Source: Candidatus Saccharimonadota bacterium
GTDB taxonomy: Bacteria; Patescibacteriota; Gracilibacteria; UBA1369; 2-02-FULL-48-14
Direction of reading: 5' to 3'
Assembly (NCBI GenBank): GCA_016699145.1
Contig: CP064962.1
Span: 1,140,001-1,172,000, forward strand
Length of the DNA: 32,000 bases
Part shown: one piece after another, positions 17,381-26,728 of the stretch
Position numbering within the stretch: the first letter of the stretch is position 1
Layout of the letters: each line of letters starts with the position of its first letter
Notes under the pieces: model-generated
What the model saw: the letters and a program-made list of their open reading frames with translations, nothing else
The model's database searches: none
What the model was told of the DNA's origin: nothing
Program-made: the position numbers and the translations under genes

Positions 17381-18733
17381 CTAAAACGAAATCTCCCCAG
17401 GACTGTAAGTGTCCAAATTTTCCTTACCAATCAGTTGAACCACTTCTTTCACGGCCTCGCTCATGGGCACGGAACGCTGCTGCCCCTTGGCCATATCGCG
17501 AATGATCACCACGCCCTCTCTCACTTCCGTAGCTCCTAAAATCAAGCAATAAGGGACCGCAAACTTATCCGCCAAACGCAGTTGAGCCTTCATGCTGCCC
17601 TTTCCAAGCGCTCCGACAGTACGTATTCCAGCCTCACGCAGTTCATCGATGAGTCGCAACGCCTTCTTTTTGGCTTCGTCCCCGAGTTGAGCCACAAAAA
17701 TATGCACTTCGTCTTTGGAAGGCACTTTGACATTGTTGGCTTTCATTTGATTGATGAGTCGTTCGATGCCCAAAGCAAAACCCACTGCTGGAGTTTCGGG
17801 TCCACCCATGAGTTCCACAAGTCCGTCGTAACGTCCTCCACCCCCCACAGCATTTTGAGCCCCCACTTCGCTGTCCCAAAATTCAAACACCGTTTGAGTG
17901 TAGTAATCCAAACCGCGCACCAATTGAGGATTTTCGTTGTATTGAATGCCGAGTTCATCCAAAAACTCCTTCACTAAACTGTGAAAAGTGGCATCTTCAG
18001 GAGTGCGATAATCTGCAAACTGCGGAGCCATTTGTGCTAAAATACGACAATCTTCCACTTTACAATCCAAAAGTCGAAGAGGATTGCTTGTCAGACGACG
18101 CTGACAATCTTCACATAAACTGCGTTCTTTACCTGCATAATAATTCAAAAGAGCGTCTTTGTATTTTTCCCGGCTTTTTTGAGAACCGATGTTGTTGATT
18201 TGCAAACTGATCTTTTTGTCAATTCCCAAGTCTTTAAACATTTTATAAGCCAAGAAAATGCATTGCACATCCAAAGCCGGATCACTCTCTCCAATCACCT
18301 CAGCTCCAATTTGCCAAAACATGCGATAACGCCCTTTTTGAGGGCGGTCATAACGGAAATGAGGTTCAATGTAATAGAGTTCTACCGGTTGAGGCCATTC
18401 GCGCATGCCGTGTTGAATATAGGCCCGCACAGCCCCAGCCGTACCCTCGGGTTTGAGCGTCAGACTGCGTCCGCTGCGATCTTCAAAGGTGTACATTTCT
18501 TTAGAAACAATGTCGGTGTCCGTTCCCACTCCGCGTTGAAAAACTTCCGTGTGCTCCAAAACTGGAGTCGTGACGCGGCGAAAACCCGCCTGACGGAAAC
18601 GATGCCTAGCCACTTTTTTAATGAACGTGAAATATTCATGATCCTTAGGAAGGATGTCGTGAATACCCGTAGGAGTTTGCATCTTCTGAAACTTATCAGA
18701 AGCTCCTGCGGAGGCGGCGAGCTCATCGGACAT
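17381..18733 (-). CDS. hisS: histidine--tRNA ligase
   Basis: 450 aa with class II motifs (GTDTDIVSKEMYTFEDRSGRSLTLKPEGT, RYDRPQKGRYRMFWQIGAEV, GGGGRYDGL). Confidence 0.95.
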   Translation of the reverse strand: MSDELAASAGASDKFQKMQTPTGIHDILPKDHEYFTFIKKVARHRFRQAGFRRVTTPVLEHTEVFQRGVGTDTDIVSKEMYTFEDRSGRSLTLKPEGTAGAVRAYIQHGMREWPQPVELYYIEPHFRYDRPQKGRYRMFWQIGAEVIGESDPALDVQCIFLAYKMFKDLGIDKKISLQINNIGSQKSREKYKDALLNYYAGKERSLCEDCQRRLTSNPLRLLDCKVEDCRILAQMAPQFADYRTPEDATFHSLVKEFLDELGIQYNENPQLVRGLDYYTQTVFEFWDSEVGAQNAVGGGGRYDGLVELMGGPETPAVGFALGIERLINQMKANNVKVPSKDEVHIFVAQLGDEAKKKALRLIDELREAGIRTVGALGKGSMKAQLRLADKFAVPYCLILGATEVREGVVIIRDMAKGQQRSVPMSEAVKEVVQLIGKENLDTYSPGEISF

Positions 18734-18786
18734 AAGAAAGAGATAAAAAGATTAAAACCACAATTGCCCTCAATCATACCCTCTTT

Positions 18787-19800
18787 TCAGGTTAGAGCAA
18801 GGGGCAATTCTTTTTGTGAAGAGAAATACGCTGCAGCCCCAATCATCGCCGCATTGTCCGTGCAATATTCCATTTTGGTGGGCCAACGGAATAGAGGTGC
18901 ATCGCGCAAACGGCTGAGTTCTTCTTCAATACGCCCTCGCAAAAACCGATTCGCGGAAACACCTCCGGTCAAATGGACCTCTTTAGGAGCATATTCGCGC
19001 ACCGCTCGCATCAATTTTTCCACCAGAGCTTGCACCACGGCCTCTTGAAAAGAAGCCGCCACATCGTTCACAAAAGCCTCATCTGAAAGCTGCGCTTCAT
19101 TTTCTTTGAGCCGATAAAAAACAGAAGTCTTTAAGCCCGAAAAACTGAAATTCTTTTCTTTTCGTAAAGCAATGGGGAAGTCGAAAGCCTTTGGATTCCC
19201 AAGCCGCGCTCGTTCTTCAATGGCCGGCCCCCCAGGGTAGCCCAAGCCCAACAAACGTGCGATTTTGTCAAAAGCTTCACCGGCGGCATCATCGATGCTT
19301 TCCGCCAGCAGTTCAAAGTCACCATGACCTCGCATGAGCACCAGTTCATTGTGCCCTCCCGAAACGGTCAAAACCAGAATAGGGAATTGAGGCTCAGAAG
19401 GGGCCAGTACAGGTTTGCCGGAATCTTCTGCAGGGTAGAGCCAAGGCGCATAAAGGTGTCCATGAATGTGATTCACTTCTAGCAGCGGCTTGTTTTGGGC
19501 AAAGGCAAGGGCAGCAGCCGTCATGCGTCCCACCACTAGCGATCCGATGAGTCCCGGCTCTTTGGTCACCGCCACGGCATCGATTGCTTTCCACGTCACA
19601 TTCGCTTTTTCCATGGCCAGACGCAGCACCGGCAAAATCGCCGTCATGTGTTCACGTGCAGCCACTTCAGGCACCACCCCTCCCGTTTCCACATGCTTGG
19701 CAATTTGAGAGGCAATTTCATTCGCAAGCACGCGCCGTCCATTTTCCACAAGGGCAACGGACGTTTCATCACACGAACTTTCAATAGAAAGGAGGAGCAT
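18787..19800 (-). CDS. tsaD: tRNA N6-adenosine threonylcarbamoyltransferase TsaD
   Basis: Start placed at MLLLSIESSCDETSVALV (ATG at 19800). Visible motifs are HIHGHLYAPWL, VSGGHNELV, and GGVSANRFLR. The 105 extra N-terminal residues of the track ORF overlap the cca gene and lack similarity. Confidence 0.9.
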   Translation of the reverse strand: MLLLSIESSCDETSVALVENGRRVLANEIASQIAKHVETGGVVPEVAAREHMTAILPVLRLAMEKANVTWKAIDAVAVTKEPGLIGSLVVGRMTAAALAFAQNKPLLEVNHIHGHLYAPWLYPAEDSGKPVLAPSEPQFPILVLTVSGGHNELVLMRGHGDFELLAESIDDAAGEAFDKIARLLGLGYPGGPAIEERARLGNPKAFDFPIALRKEKNFSFSGLKTSVFYRLKENEAQLSDEAFVNDVAASFQEAVVQALVEKLMRAVREYAPKEVHLTGGVSANRFLRGRIEEELSRLRDAPLFRWPTKMEYCTDNAAMIGAAAYFSSQKELPLALT

Positions 19801-19896
19801 AGTTTGCTTATACAGCAAAAAGAAAATCTGCACATCAACGAAAGCTATTATTGTAAGGATGAAATAGGGTGTTATGATTGAAGACGAACAGCTCAC

Positions 19897-21216
19897 ATGC
19901 TCAAAACCGCCACCCAAATCGTCGCCACTCTCCAAAAAGCCGGCTTTAAGGCTTACTTTGCCGGGGGCTGTGTGCGAGACATGATCATGGAACGTGAGCC
20001 CAAAGACATCGACATTGCAACGAGCGCTCTGCCGGATCAAATTGAAAAGCTTTTTGCAGACACTTATCCCGTGGGCAAGGCCTTTGGAGTGATTCATGTG
20101 AACGAAGAAGGACACTCGTTTGAAATCGCCACTTTTCGCAGCGACAGCGGTTACAGCGATGGTCGCCGCCCCGACGCCATTTTATTCAGCCACGCCGAAG
20201 ACGATGCCAAACGCCGGGACTTCACCATCAACGCTTTATTTTACGATCCCATTGCCGAAGAAATTCACGATTTCATTGGAGGCCAAGACGACATCGGCAA
20301 CAAACTCATCCGCTTCATTGGGGCGCCGCACGAACGCATTTTAGAAGATCATTTGCGCATCCTCCGCGCCATTCGTTTCAAAAACACTTTGGGTTTTCAA
20401 TACCATCCCGACACCTATGCCGCACTTAAAAAACATGCACCGCTCGCCGACAAAGTCAGTTGGGAAAGAGTGCGGGATGAACTGAATAAAATCATCATGG
20501 CCCGACGCGCACCCATCGCTTTTGAAGACATGCAAGACACCGGAGTTTTGCCTCATGTGCTGCCCGAATTGGAAGCCTGCAAAGGCATGCCTCAACCCCC
20601 AAAATATCACCATGAAGGGGACGTGTGGACGCATCTCATGCGCAGCCTAGACGCCTTGCCACAAAATGCCACACTGCTCGATCATTGGGCTGTGATTTTG
20701 CACGACATTGGCAAGCCCGAAACTTTTAAAATTGCAGAGCGCATTCGTACGGATGGCCACGCTGAAGTTTCTGCCGAAATTGCAGAGCGCATTTTACGCC
20801 GCCTCAAATTTGCTCGCCGCGACATTGAGCATGTCACCTGGGTGATTCGCCACCACTTCATGATGCATCAACTGTTAGACATGCCCATCGGCAAGCAGCG
20901 CCAATGGTTTTTGGATGAGCGCTTTCCCAGTCTCATGCAACTCTTTTATGCGGATGCCATGGGCACGCTGCCTGCGAGCCTGCATCTTTACAATCAAGTC
21001 AAAGCTGCTTACGACGATTGCTTGCGCCGTTTCCCAGCCTTGCCCGAACCTTTTCTTACGGGGGAAGAAGTGATGGAAAAACTCCATTTAAAACCCGGTC
21101 CTCGCGTGGGAGAAATTTTGAGAGAGGCCATGGAAAAACAACTCAGTCACGAGTTCAAAGATCGCAAAGAAGCTCTCACGTGGCTCCAAACTTTAACCAC
21201 TCACCCGCCTTTATGA
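19897..21216 (+). CDS. cca: CCA tRNA nucleotidyltransferase with a C-terminal HD domain
   Basis: 439 aa. Visible motifs are FAGGCVRDMIM..KDIDIAT, FEIATFRSD, RRDFTINALFYD and HHEGDVWTH..LHDIGKP. Confidence 0.85.
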   Translation: MLKTATQIVATLQKAGFKAYFAGGCVRDMIMEREPKDIDIATSALPDQIEKLFADTYPVGKAFGVIHVNEEGHSFEIATFRSDSGYSDGRRPDAILFSHAEDDAKRRDFTINALFYDPIAEEIHDFIGGQDDIGNKLIRFIGAPHERILEDHLRILRAIRFKNTLGFQYHPDTYAALKKHAPLADKVSWERVRDELNKIIMARRAPIAFEDMQDTGVLPHVLPELEACKGMPQPPKYHHEGDVWTHLMRSLDALPQNATLLDHWAVILHDIGKPETFKIAERIRTDGHAEVSAEIAERILRRLKFARRDIEHVTWVIRHHFMMHQLLDMPIGKQRQWFLDERFPSLMQLFYADAMGTLPASLHLYNQVKAAYDDCLRRFPALPEPFLTGEEVMEKLHLKPGPRVGEILREAMEKQLSHEFKDRKEALTWLQTLTTHPPL

Positions 21217-21662
21217 ATGCTGAACTTCGCGATAAAATTTTAGACTCTCAAAAACGCACAAACCGCAATTTTATCATCGTACTGGGGGTCTTGATTTTGT
21301 TTGAAGGAATTCTTTTGGCCGGCATTTTTACAGACCCAGCTCGCACGCTGCTCACACAAATTTTAGGAGGGCTCTTCGCCCTCGGTCTTTTGGCCCTGAT
21401 CATCAAACTCGCGCTGCTCACTTTTCGTCCACATCCGCTTTTAAAACTGCTGCAAAATGAAGCCCATCGCATACAAACCGTAGAAGTGCTGTCCATCGTT
21501 TACATCAATGGAATGAATACTTATCAAATGAACCTACATTTCCTCACCACAGAAGGGGAGCGCCTGGTGCTTTCAGACAAACGCAGCGCCATCGAAGCCA
21601 TGCTGCCTCTTTTAAAGAAAGAACTTCCTCACGCAGAATTCAAAGAGCTGCGTCAACGTTAG
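21213..21662 (+). CDS. hypothetical membrane protein (two predicted TM helices)
   Basis: The ATG at 21213 overlaps the cca stop codon (ATGA). The product is 149 aa, MNAELRDKILDSQKRTNRNFIIVLGVLILFEGILLAGIF..GGLFALGLLALIIKLALL. Confidence 0.55.
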   Translation: MNAELRDKILDSQKRTNRNFIIVLGVLILFEGILLAGIFTDPARTLLTQILGGLFALGLLALIIKLALLTFRPHPLLKLLQNEAHRIQTVEVLSIVYINGMNTYQMNLHFLTTEGERLVLSDKRSAIEAMLPLLKKELPHAEFKELRQR

Positions 21663-22185
21663 GGAGCAAAGAAAAATAGGACACCGGATCGATATTATAC
21701 CCACTGTAATTCCCCAAAGTGCGGGTCATTATTTCATGACCGATCTCGGCTTCTTGAGCAATGATTTCAAAATGCAAGTGAGGGCCTCGGGTGGCTGTGC
21801 CGGTATTTCCGCTGTGAGCAAAAACTTCATCCGCTTTGATCATCGTACCCACTTCGGGGAGTATGGCATTTAAATGGGCGAAAACCAAAATGTTGCCCCA
21901 CGCATCTTCCACATAAAGGCAATTGCCCATTTCATTTTGTACGCGAATATCCACTGCGCGAAGGGGCACCGGCATCGCAAGAGGCGTATTGAGCGGCATG
22001 GCTATATCGATGCCCGTGTGACCTTTGATGGGATCATAAAAATCGCCTTCATTTTGAAAAGGATTGACTAAAGGATATCCAAAATACAGCCTGAGTTTTA
22101 CGTCAAAATAGGGCAGGGTCAGCAGGAGTAAAATCATCCATAAGACGCCCAAACTCACCCATTCAAAACGTTTTTTCCATTTCAT
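21640..22185 (-). CDS. M23 family metallopeptidase
   Basis: The ATG at 22185 overlaps the rlmD-like stop codon (ATGA). It has an N-terminal TM helix plus the motifs HTGIDIA, GNTGTATRGPHLHFEI. Confidence 0.8.
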   Translation of the reverse strand: MKWKKRFEWVSLGVLWMILLLLTLPYFDVKLRLYFGYPLVNPFQNEGDFYDPIKGHTGIDIAMPLNTPLAMPVPLRAVDIRVQNEMGNCLYVEDAWGNILVFAHLNAILPEVGTMIKADEVFAHSGNTGTATRGPHLHFEIIAQEAEIGHEIMTRTLGNYSGYNIDPVSYFSLLPNVDAAL

Positions 22186-23569
22186 AACGGATTTTTTAAA
22201 AGCACGCTCACACACTCCACGTGATGTGTTTGCGGAAACATATCCACGGGCTGCACAGACTTCGTCTCATAGCCCATTTCTGCAAACTGTTTGAGGTCGC
22301 GTGCCAAGGTCGTGGGGTTGCAAGAAACATAGACGATTTTAGGAGCCGCAAAAGCCACGCAATCAGCCACCACTTTTTCTCCAAGCCCCGCGCGAGGAGG
22401 GTCTACAATCACCACATCGGGCTGAGCATCCGGCCCCAATCCCGAAAGTTCACTGAGACGTTCTTCCACACTGCCCAAATAAAAACTCACATTTTGTATG
22501 CCGTTGCGAGCCGCATTGCTGCGTGCACTTTCCACCGCCGCTTCATTCATTTCTACTCCGAATACGCGCCTGGCTTTGTGTGCACAAAAAGTCCGATGGT
22601 TCCCGTGCCACAATACAAATCATAAACAATTTCTTCACCTGTTAAACCGGCAAGTTCCATCGCAAGGGAATACAGTTTTTGCGCCTGAAGCGTGTTCGTT
22701 TGAAAGAACGCTTGAGGCAAAATATCGAACTCCAGCTTTGTACCATTTTCCAATTCCAAAACTTCAGTGAGCGCTGCTTTGCCGGTCAGTAAATTCTCTT
22801 CCACCCATGTGGGCTGCCCTGGAATTTGATACACACTGTTCCAATACAAAGACGTCACGGTGGGATCGTCCGCAAAAAGCTCAATGAAAGCATCTTTTTT
22901 TTCAAAAAGTCCGGTCGAAGTCGTCAAAATGATCATCCGCTCGCCAGTGTTTTTCCCCTCCCGAACAGTCAGGGTTTTCAAGAGCCCTTCATGAGTGTGT
23001 GAATTGTAAACAGGAATCGCATGGTACTTCACAAAAGCACGCACTTTTTGCACGACAGAAACCACCCATTCCGATTGTAAAAAACATTCTTCCAAATCAA
23101 AGACTTCATAATGGTAACCCGGCGGATAAAAACCCAATTCCGTTTCGCCATTTCCCCCAATTCCAAAAGAAAATTCCAACTTATTTCGATAAAACCACGG
23201 GGATGCATTCGGCACAAGCGGCTTTACCAAATCGCTGTTCAGTCCCCCGATTCGCACGAGGGCATCTTTCACTTGCTGCTCCTTCACACGGCACTGCTCC
23301 GCATAATCCAAAAACTGCCACTTGCAACCGCCACACACACCAAAATGCTTACAACGTGCTTCAATGCGCAGCGGGCTGGGCTTTTTCAATTCTTTCACAA
23401 AGCCCTCTGCATAATGCGATTTCACCCGACGAATCTGCACGAGCGCCTCATCCCCCGGCGCCACATTCGGCACAAAAACCTTGAATCCATCCACCGTTCC
23501 AATGCCTTCGCCACCATAGACCAGCGAATCCACTTTCAACTCCAATTCCTGATTTTTTTTGGGTTTCAT
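22182..23569 (-). pseudogene. rlmD: 23S rRNA (uracil-5-)-methyltransferase, RumA/RlmD family, with one -1 frameshift
   Basis: ORF 23569-22553 contains a TRAM domain, a CKHFGVCGGCKWQ iron-sulfur motif and VYDLYCGTGTIGLF. Reading then resumes in ORF 22613-22182 as CAHKARRVFGVEMNEAAV..VDPPRAGL..YVSCNPTTLARD. The shift is at the A5 run 22586..22590. Confidence 0.85.
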
Positions 23570-23665
23570 AGGGGCACAATATAATGGATGAGGGCCAAAA
23601 GGGGAAGCCAAGCTCCGAGTGATATCCGATGGTAGAAACGCCTACTTAGGCTTAGACTAGAGACG

Positions 23666-24127
23666 ATGCGAATTCAAATCCTCCTCATCTCTCCCACCAA
23701 AGATGCCCACATTCGTGCTCTTGAAGCCGAATACGAAAAACGTCTCCAAGCCTTTGCCAAGCTAGAAACGCTCACGCTTCCTGCGTCTAAAAGGGACGAG
23801 CGGACCGCTGTGCAAGAGGAAGAACTCAAAAATTTTCTACCCAAAATCGACACAAACGCTTTTTTAATCGCCCTGGATGAACGTGGCACTCAGCTCACCA
23901 GCGAAGACTTTGCACAATGCCTCGCTAAAATTCGCGACTTTGGGCCCGGAAAAATTCAATTTCTCATCGGGGGTTCGCATGGCCTTCATCCCGATTTGCT
24001 CGCTGCCGCTCATCAGCGCCTCTCTTTTTCCAAAATGACTTTCACTCACGAAATGATTCGCGTATTTTTAAAGGAGCAAGTCTACCGCGCCTTCACCATT
24101 CTTGCCGGCAAAAAATATCACAAATGA
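23666..24127 (+). CDS. rlmH: 23S rRNA (pseudouridine1915-N3)-methyltransferase RlmH
   Basis: 153 aa SPOUT-fold protein. Visible motifs are LIALDERGTQLTSEDFA, FLIGGSHGL, SFSKMTFTHEMIRVFLKEQVYRA. Confidence 0.9.
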   Translation: MRIQILLISPTKDAHIRALEAEYEKRLQAFAKLETLTLPASKRDERTAVQEEELKNFLPKIDTNAFLIALDERGTQLTSEDFAQCLAKIRDFGPGKIQFLIGGSHGLHPDLLAAAHQRLSFSKMTFTHEMIRVFLKEQVYRAFTILAGKKYHK

Positions 24128-24137
24128 AGCCGTTTTC

Positions 24138-25175
24138 ATGAAGCTCAAACCCTCCACCCTTCGCCAAGTTCTCTGGCCGTCGACCCTGCTCTTTGCCCTG
24201 ATTTTCTCGATCACCACTGCCGCCCACTTTCCGCACATGGAAGGGGGCAGAGCCTCTTTGCTTTCTGAAATTTGGCCCCAAAAAGAACCTGTGCCCGAGA
24301 TCAACTTGCTCATGACCGGAGACATCATGCTCGACCGTTACATCGCCACCTTACGCGGCCGCGCCATCGCCGACACCGATCCTGCCAACGATCTTTTCCC
24401 CTTCACCTTCATGCCCAAAATCATCGACGCGGTGGAAACACAATTGGCCACCTCGCAGCTCGACCTTGTGCTCGGAAATCTGGAAGGACCCATCACCGAT
24501 TCCAACTACGTGAACGACGGCACAGCGATGATTTTCAACTTCAAACCCAGTGTCGTCGAACAACTCAAAAACGCAGGATTCACCACCTTCACTTTGGCCA
24601 ACAACCACACGCTGGACATGGGCAAAGACGGCCCACAAAAAACCCATGAATACCTCGCTGCAGGCGGCCTCGACTCCTTCGGTCATCCCGACACCCTCAA
24701 CGGGGACTTCAGTTTTCTGAGCTATGAATTGAATGGCATCAAACTCGGCTTTTTGGGCCTCAACGATGCAGTCATCAAATTGGACATACCTGCCGCTGTT
24801 CGAAAAATCCAAGAGGTGGATACGCAAGTGGATGTGCTCATTGTGGCCATTCATTGGGGCTTTGAATACGAAGCCACCGCTCGCGAATCCGTGGTGAATA
24901 AAGCCCATCAATTCGTCGATGCGGGTGCAGATTTCATTTGGGGTCACCACCCTCATGTCGTGCAAAACAGCGAGCTTTACAAGGACAAACACATTTACTA
25001 CTCTCTCGGCAATTTCGTCTTCGATCAATATTGGTCCACCGAAACGCAAAAGGGATTGGTACTCGGTCTTAAAATTTTAAAGAATGAGGAAGGTGGCTTC
25101 ACACTCACGCCTGTCGAAGTGCCGGTGGATTTGGTCAAGCAAGGGGAGCCGACTCCCGCAAGTCAGCCCCAGTGA
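24138..25175 (+). CDS. CapA-family metallophosphoesterase-like protein (poly-gamma-glutamate CapA homolog)
   Basis: Start at MKLKPSTL (24138) with an N-terminal TM anchor. Visible motifs are LLMTGDIMLDR, LGNLEGPIT, LANNHTLDMG, VAIHWGFEYE, WGHHPHVVQ and YSLGNFVFDQ. Confidence 0.8.
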   Translation: MKLKPSTLRQVLWPSTLLFALIFSITTAAHFPHMEGGRASLLSEIWPQKEPVPEINLLMTGDIMLDRYIATLRGRAIADTDPANDLFPFTFMPKIIDAVETQLATSQLDLVLGNLEGPITDSNYVNDGTAMIFNFKPSVVEQLKNAGFTTFTLANNHTLDMGKDGPQKTHEYLAAGGLDSFGHPDTLNGDFSFLSYELNGIKLGFLGLNDAVIKLDIPAAVRKIQEVDTQVDVLIVAIHWGFEYEATARESVVNKAHQFVDAGADFIWGHHPHVVQNSELYKDKHIYYSLGNFVFDQYWSTETQKGLVLGLKILKNEEGGFTLTPVEVPVDLVKQGEPTPASQPQ

Positions 25176-25235
25176 GTGAATTGCGAAAAACAGAAAAAAC
25201 TGCTATACTTTAAGGAATATTTTAAACTCAAAACA

Positions 25236-26639
25236 ATGAAACTTTCTTTCTACGGTGCCGATCGCGAAGTGACGGGTTCCAGACATCTTTTGGAAGTGAA
25301 CGGCAAACGCATCTTACTCGATTGTGGAATGTTTCAAGGACGCCGCCAAGATGAAAAAGAAAAAAATAAAAATTTTGGTTTCGATCCCAAAACCGTAGAT
25401 GCCGTAATTGTATCCCACGCCCACATCGACCACTCCGGCAATCTTCCCAACTTGGTTAAGCAAGGTTTCAACGGACCCATTTATTGCACCAAAGCCACCG
25501 AAGATTTGCTCAAATACATGCTCATGGACTCTGCGTTCATCCAAGAAAAAGAAGTGGAATATTTGAATGAAAAAAAGAAAAAAATCGGGGAAGAACTTCT
25601 GGAACCGCTCTACACCGTCAAAGACGTGAATGAAACACTGCCCCTCGTACAAAGCATGGATTATTCTGCCGTTTGGAAGCCTTTTGCAACAGATGACATT
25701 CAAGTGACTTTTCATGAAGCCGGACACATACTCGGTTCCGCCATCACCACCATTCTGGTGAAAGACCAAGCAGATGGCCAAAGCAAAACCCTAGCCTTCA
25801 CCGGAGATTTGGGCCGCCAAAACATGCCGCTCATCAAAGACCCTTATCAATTGGAATCCGTGGACTATCTCCTCATGGAATCCACTTATGGAAATCGCCT
25901 GCACGAATCCATACTGCAAGCTGAAAGCAGATTGGCGGAAATAGTGAAAACAACTGCTGCCCGTGGAGGGAAAATCCTCATTCCCGCTTTTTCACTCGGT
26001 CGTACCCAAGAAGTGGTTTACTCCCTTCATAAATTGATGGACGAAGGAGCGATTCCTAAATTGCCCATTTATGTGGACTCGCCACTCTCGGTGAATGTGA
26101 CGGCCGTTTTCCGCAAACATCTGGGATGTCTCGACGAAGACACTCAAAAAGTTTTCCTGGACGACAAGCAAGATCCCTTTGCTTTTGAAGAACTTCGTTA
26201 CATCGAATCTGTGGAAGAATCCAAGGCCCTCAACAATCACAACGGGCCCTGCGTCATCGTTTCTTCTTCTGGAATGTGTGAACACGGACGCATTTTGCAC
26301 CACCTTAAAAACTCCATTGAAGATCATCGGAACACGCTTGTGATTGTCGGCTTTCAAGCGCAAAACACACTCGGACGTAAACTCATTGAAAAAATGAATC
26401 CGGTGAATATTTTTGGAAAGCCTCACGAAGTGCGCATGGAAATCAAAATCATGAATGCTTACAGTGCCCATGCCGATCGTAGCGACTTGCTTGACTACGC
26501 CAAAAAGGTCAAAAATCTCAAAAAACTCATCCTCGTGCATGGGGAAGATCAAGCATGCGAAGATCTCAAAGCCGCCATGCTCCACAACGGGATCAAGGAG
26601 GTGCTAGTGCCTTCTTTTGGAGATGTACTTGAGCTCTAG
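25236..26639 (+). CDS. MBL-fold beta-CASP RNA-metabolising hydrolase
   Basis: Start at MKLSFYGADREVTGS (25236). Visible elements are SHAHIDHSGNLP, FTGDLG, MESTYGN, and the C-terminal SAHAD and LVHGE motifs. Confidence 0.85.
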   Translation: MKLSFYGADREVTGSRHLLEVNGKRILLDCGMFQGRRQDEKEKNKNFGFDPKTVDAVIVSHAHIDHSGNLPNLVKQGFNGPIYCTKATEDLLKYMLMDSAFIQEKEVEYLNEKKKKIGEELLEPLYTVKDVNETLPLVQSMDYSAVWKPFATDDIQVTFHEAGHILGSAITTILVKDQADGQSKTLAFTGDLGRQNMPLIKDPYQLESVDYLLMESTYGNRLHESILQAESRLAEIVKTTAARGGKILIPAFSLGRTQEVVYSLHKLMDEGAIPKLPIYVDSPLSVNVTAVFRKHLGCLDEDTQKVFLDDKQDPFAFEELRYIESVEESKALNNHNGPCVIVSSSGMCEHGRILHHLKNSIEDHRNTLVIVGFQAQNTLGRKLIEKMNPVNIFGKPHEVRMEIKIMNAYSAHADRSDLLDYAKKVKNLKKLILVHGEDQACEDLKAAMLHNGIKEVLVPSFGDVLEL

Positions 26640-26654
26640 TAGCCTATCCATCTT

Positions 26655-26702
26655 AAATCCCTGCATGAACCGCATATACTGCCGCTCACACAGGGATTTT
26701 TT
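26655..26702. terminator. possible bidirectional terminator between convergent genes
   Basis: A 9-bp stem AAATCCCTG (26655..26663)/CAGGGATTT (26691..26699) is followed by further T residues. The 27-nt loop makes this weak. Confidence 0.35.
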
Positions 26703-26728
26703 GCTTGAGGAAGTTTCATCCCCTGAAA

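Noticed and set aside
19801-20115. 105-residue N-terminal extension of the tsaD track ORF
   Set aside because: The extension overlaps the divergent cca gene. Canonical TsaD begins at MLLLSIESSCDET (ATG at 19800).
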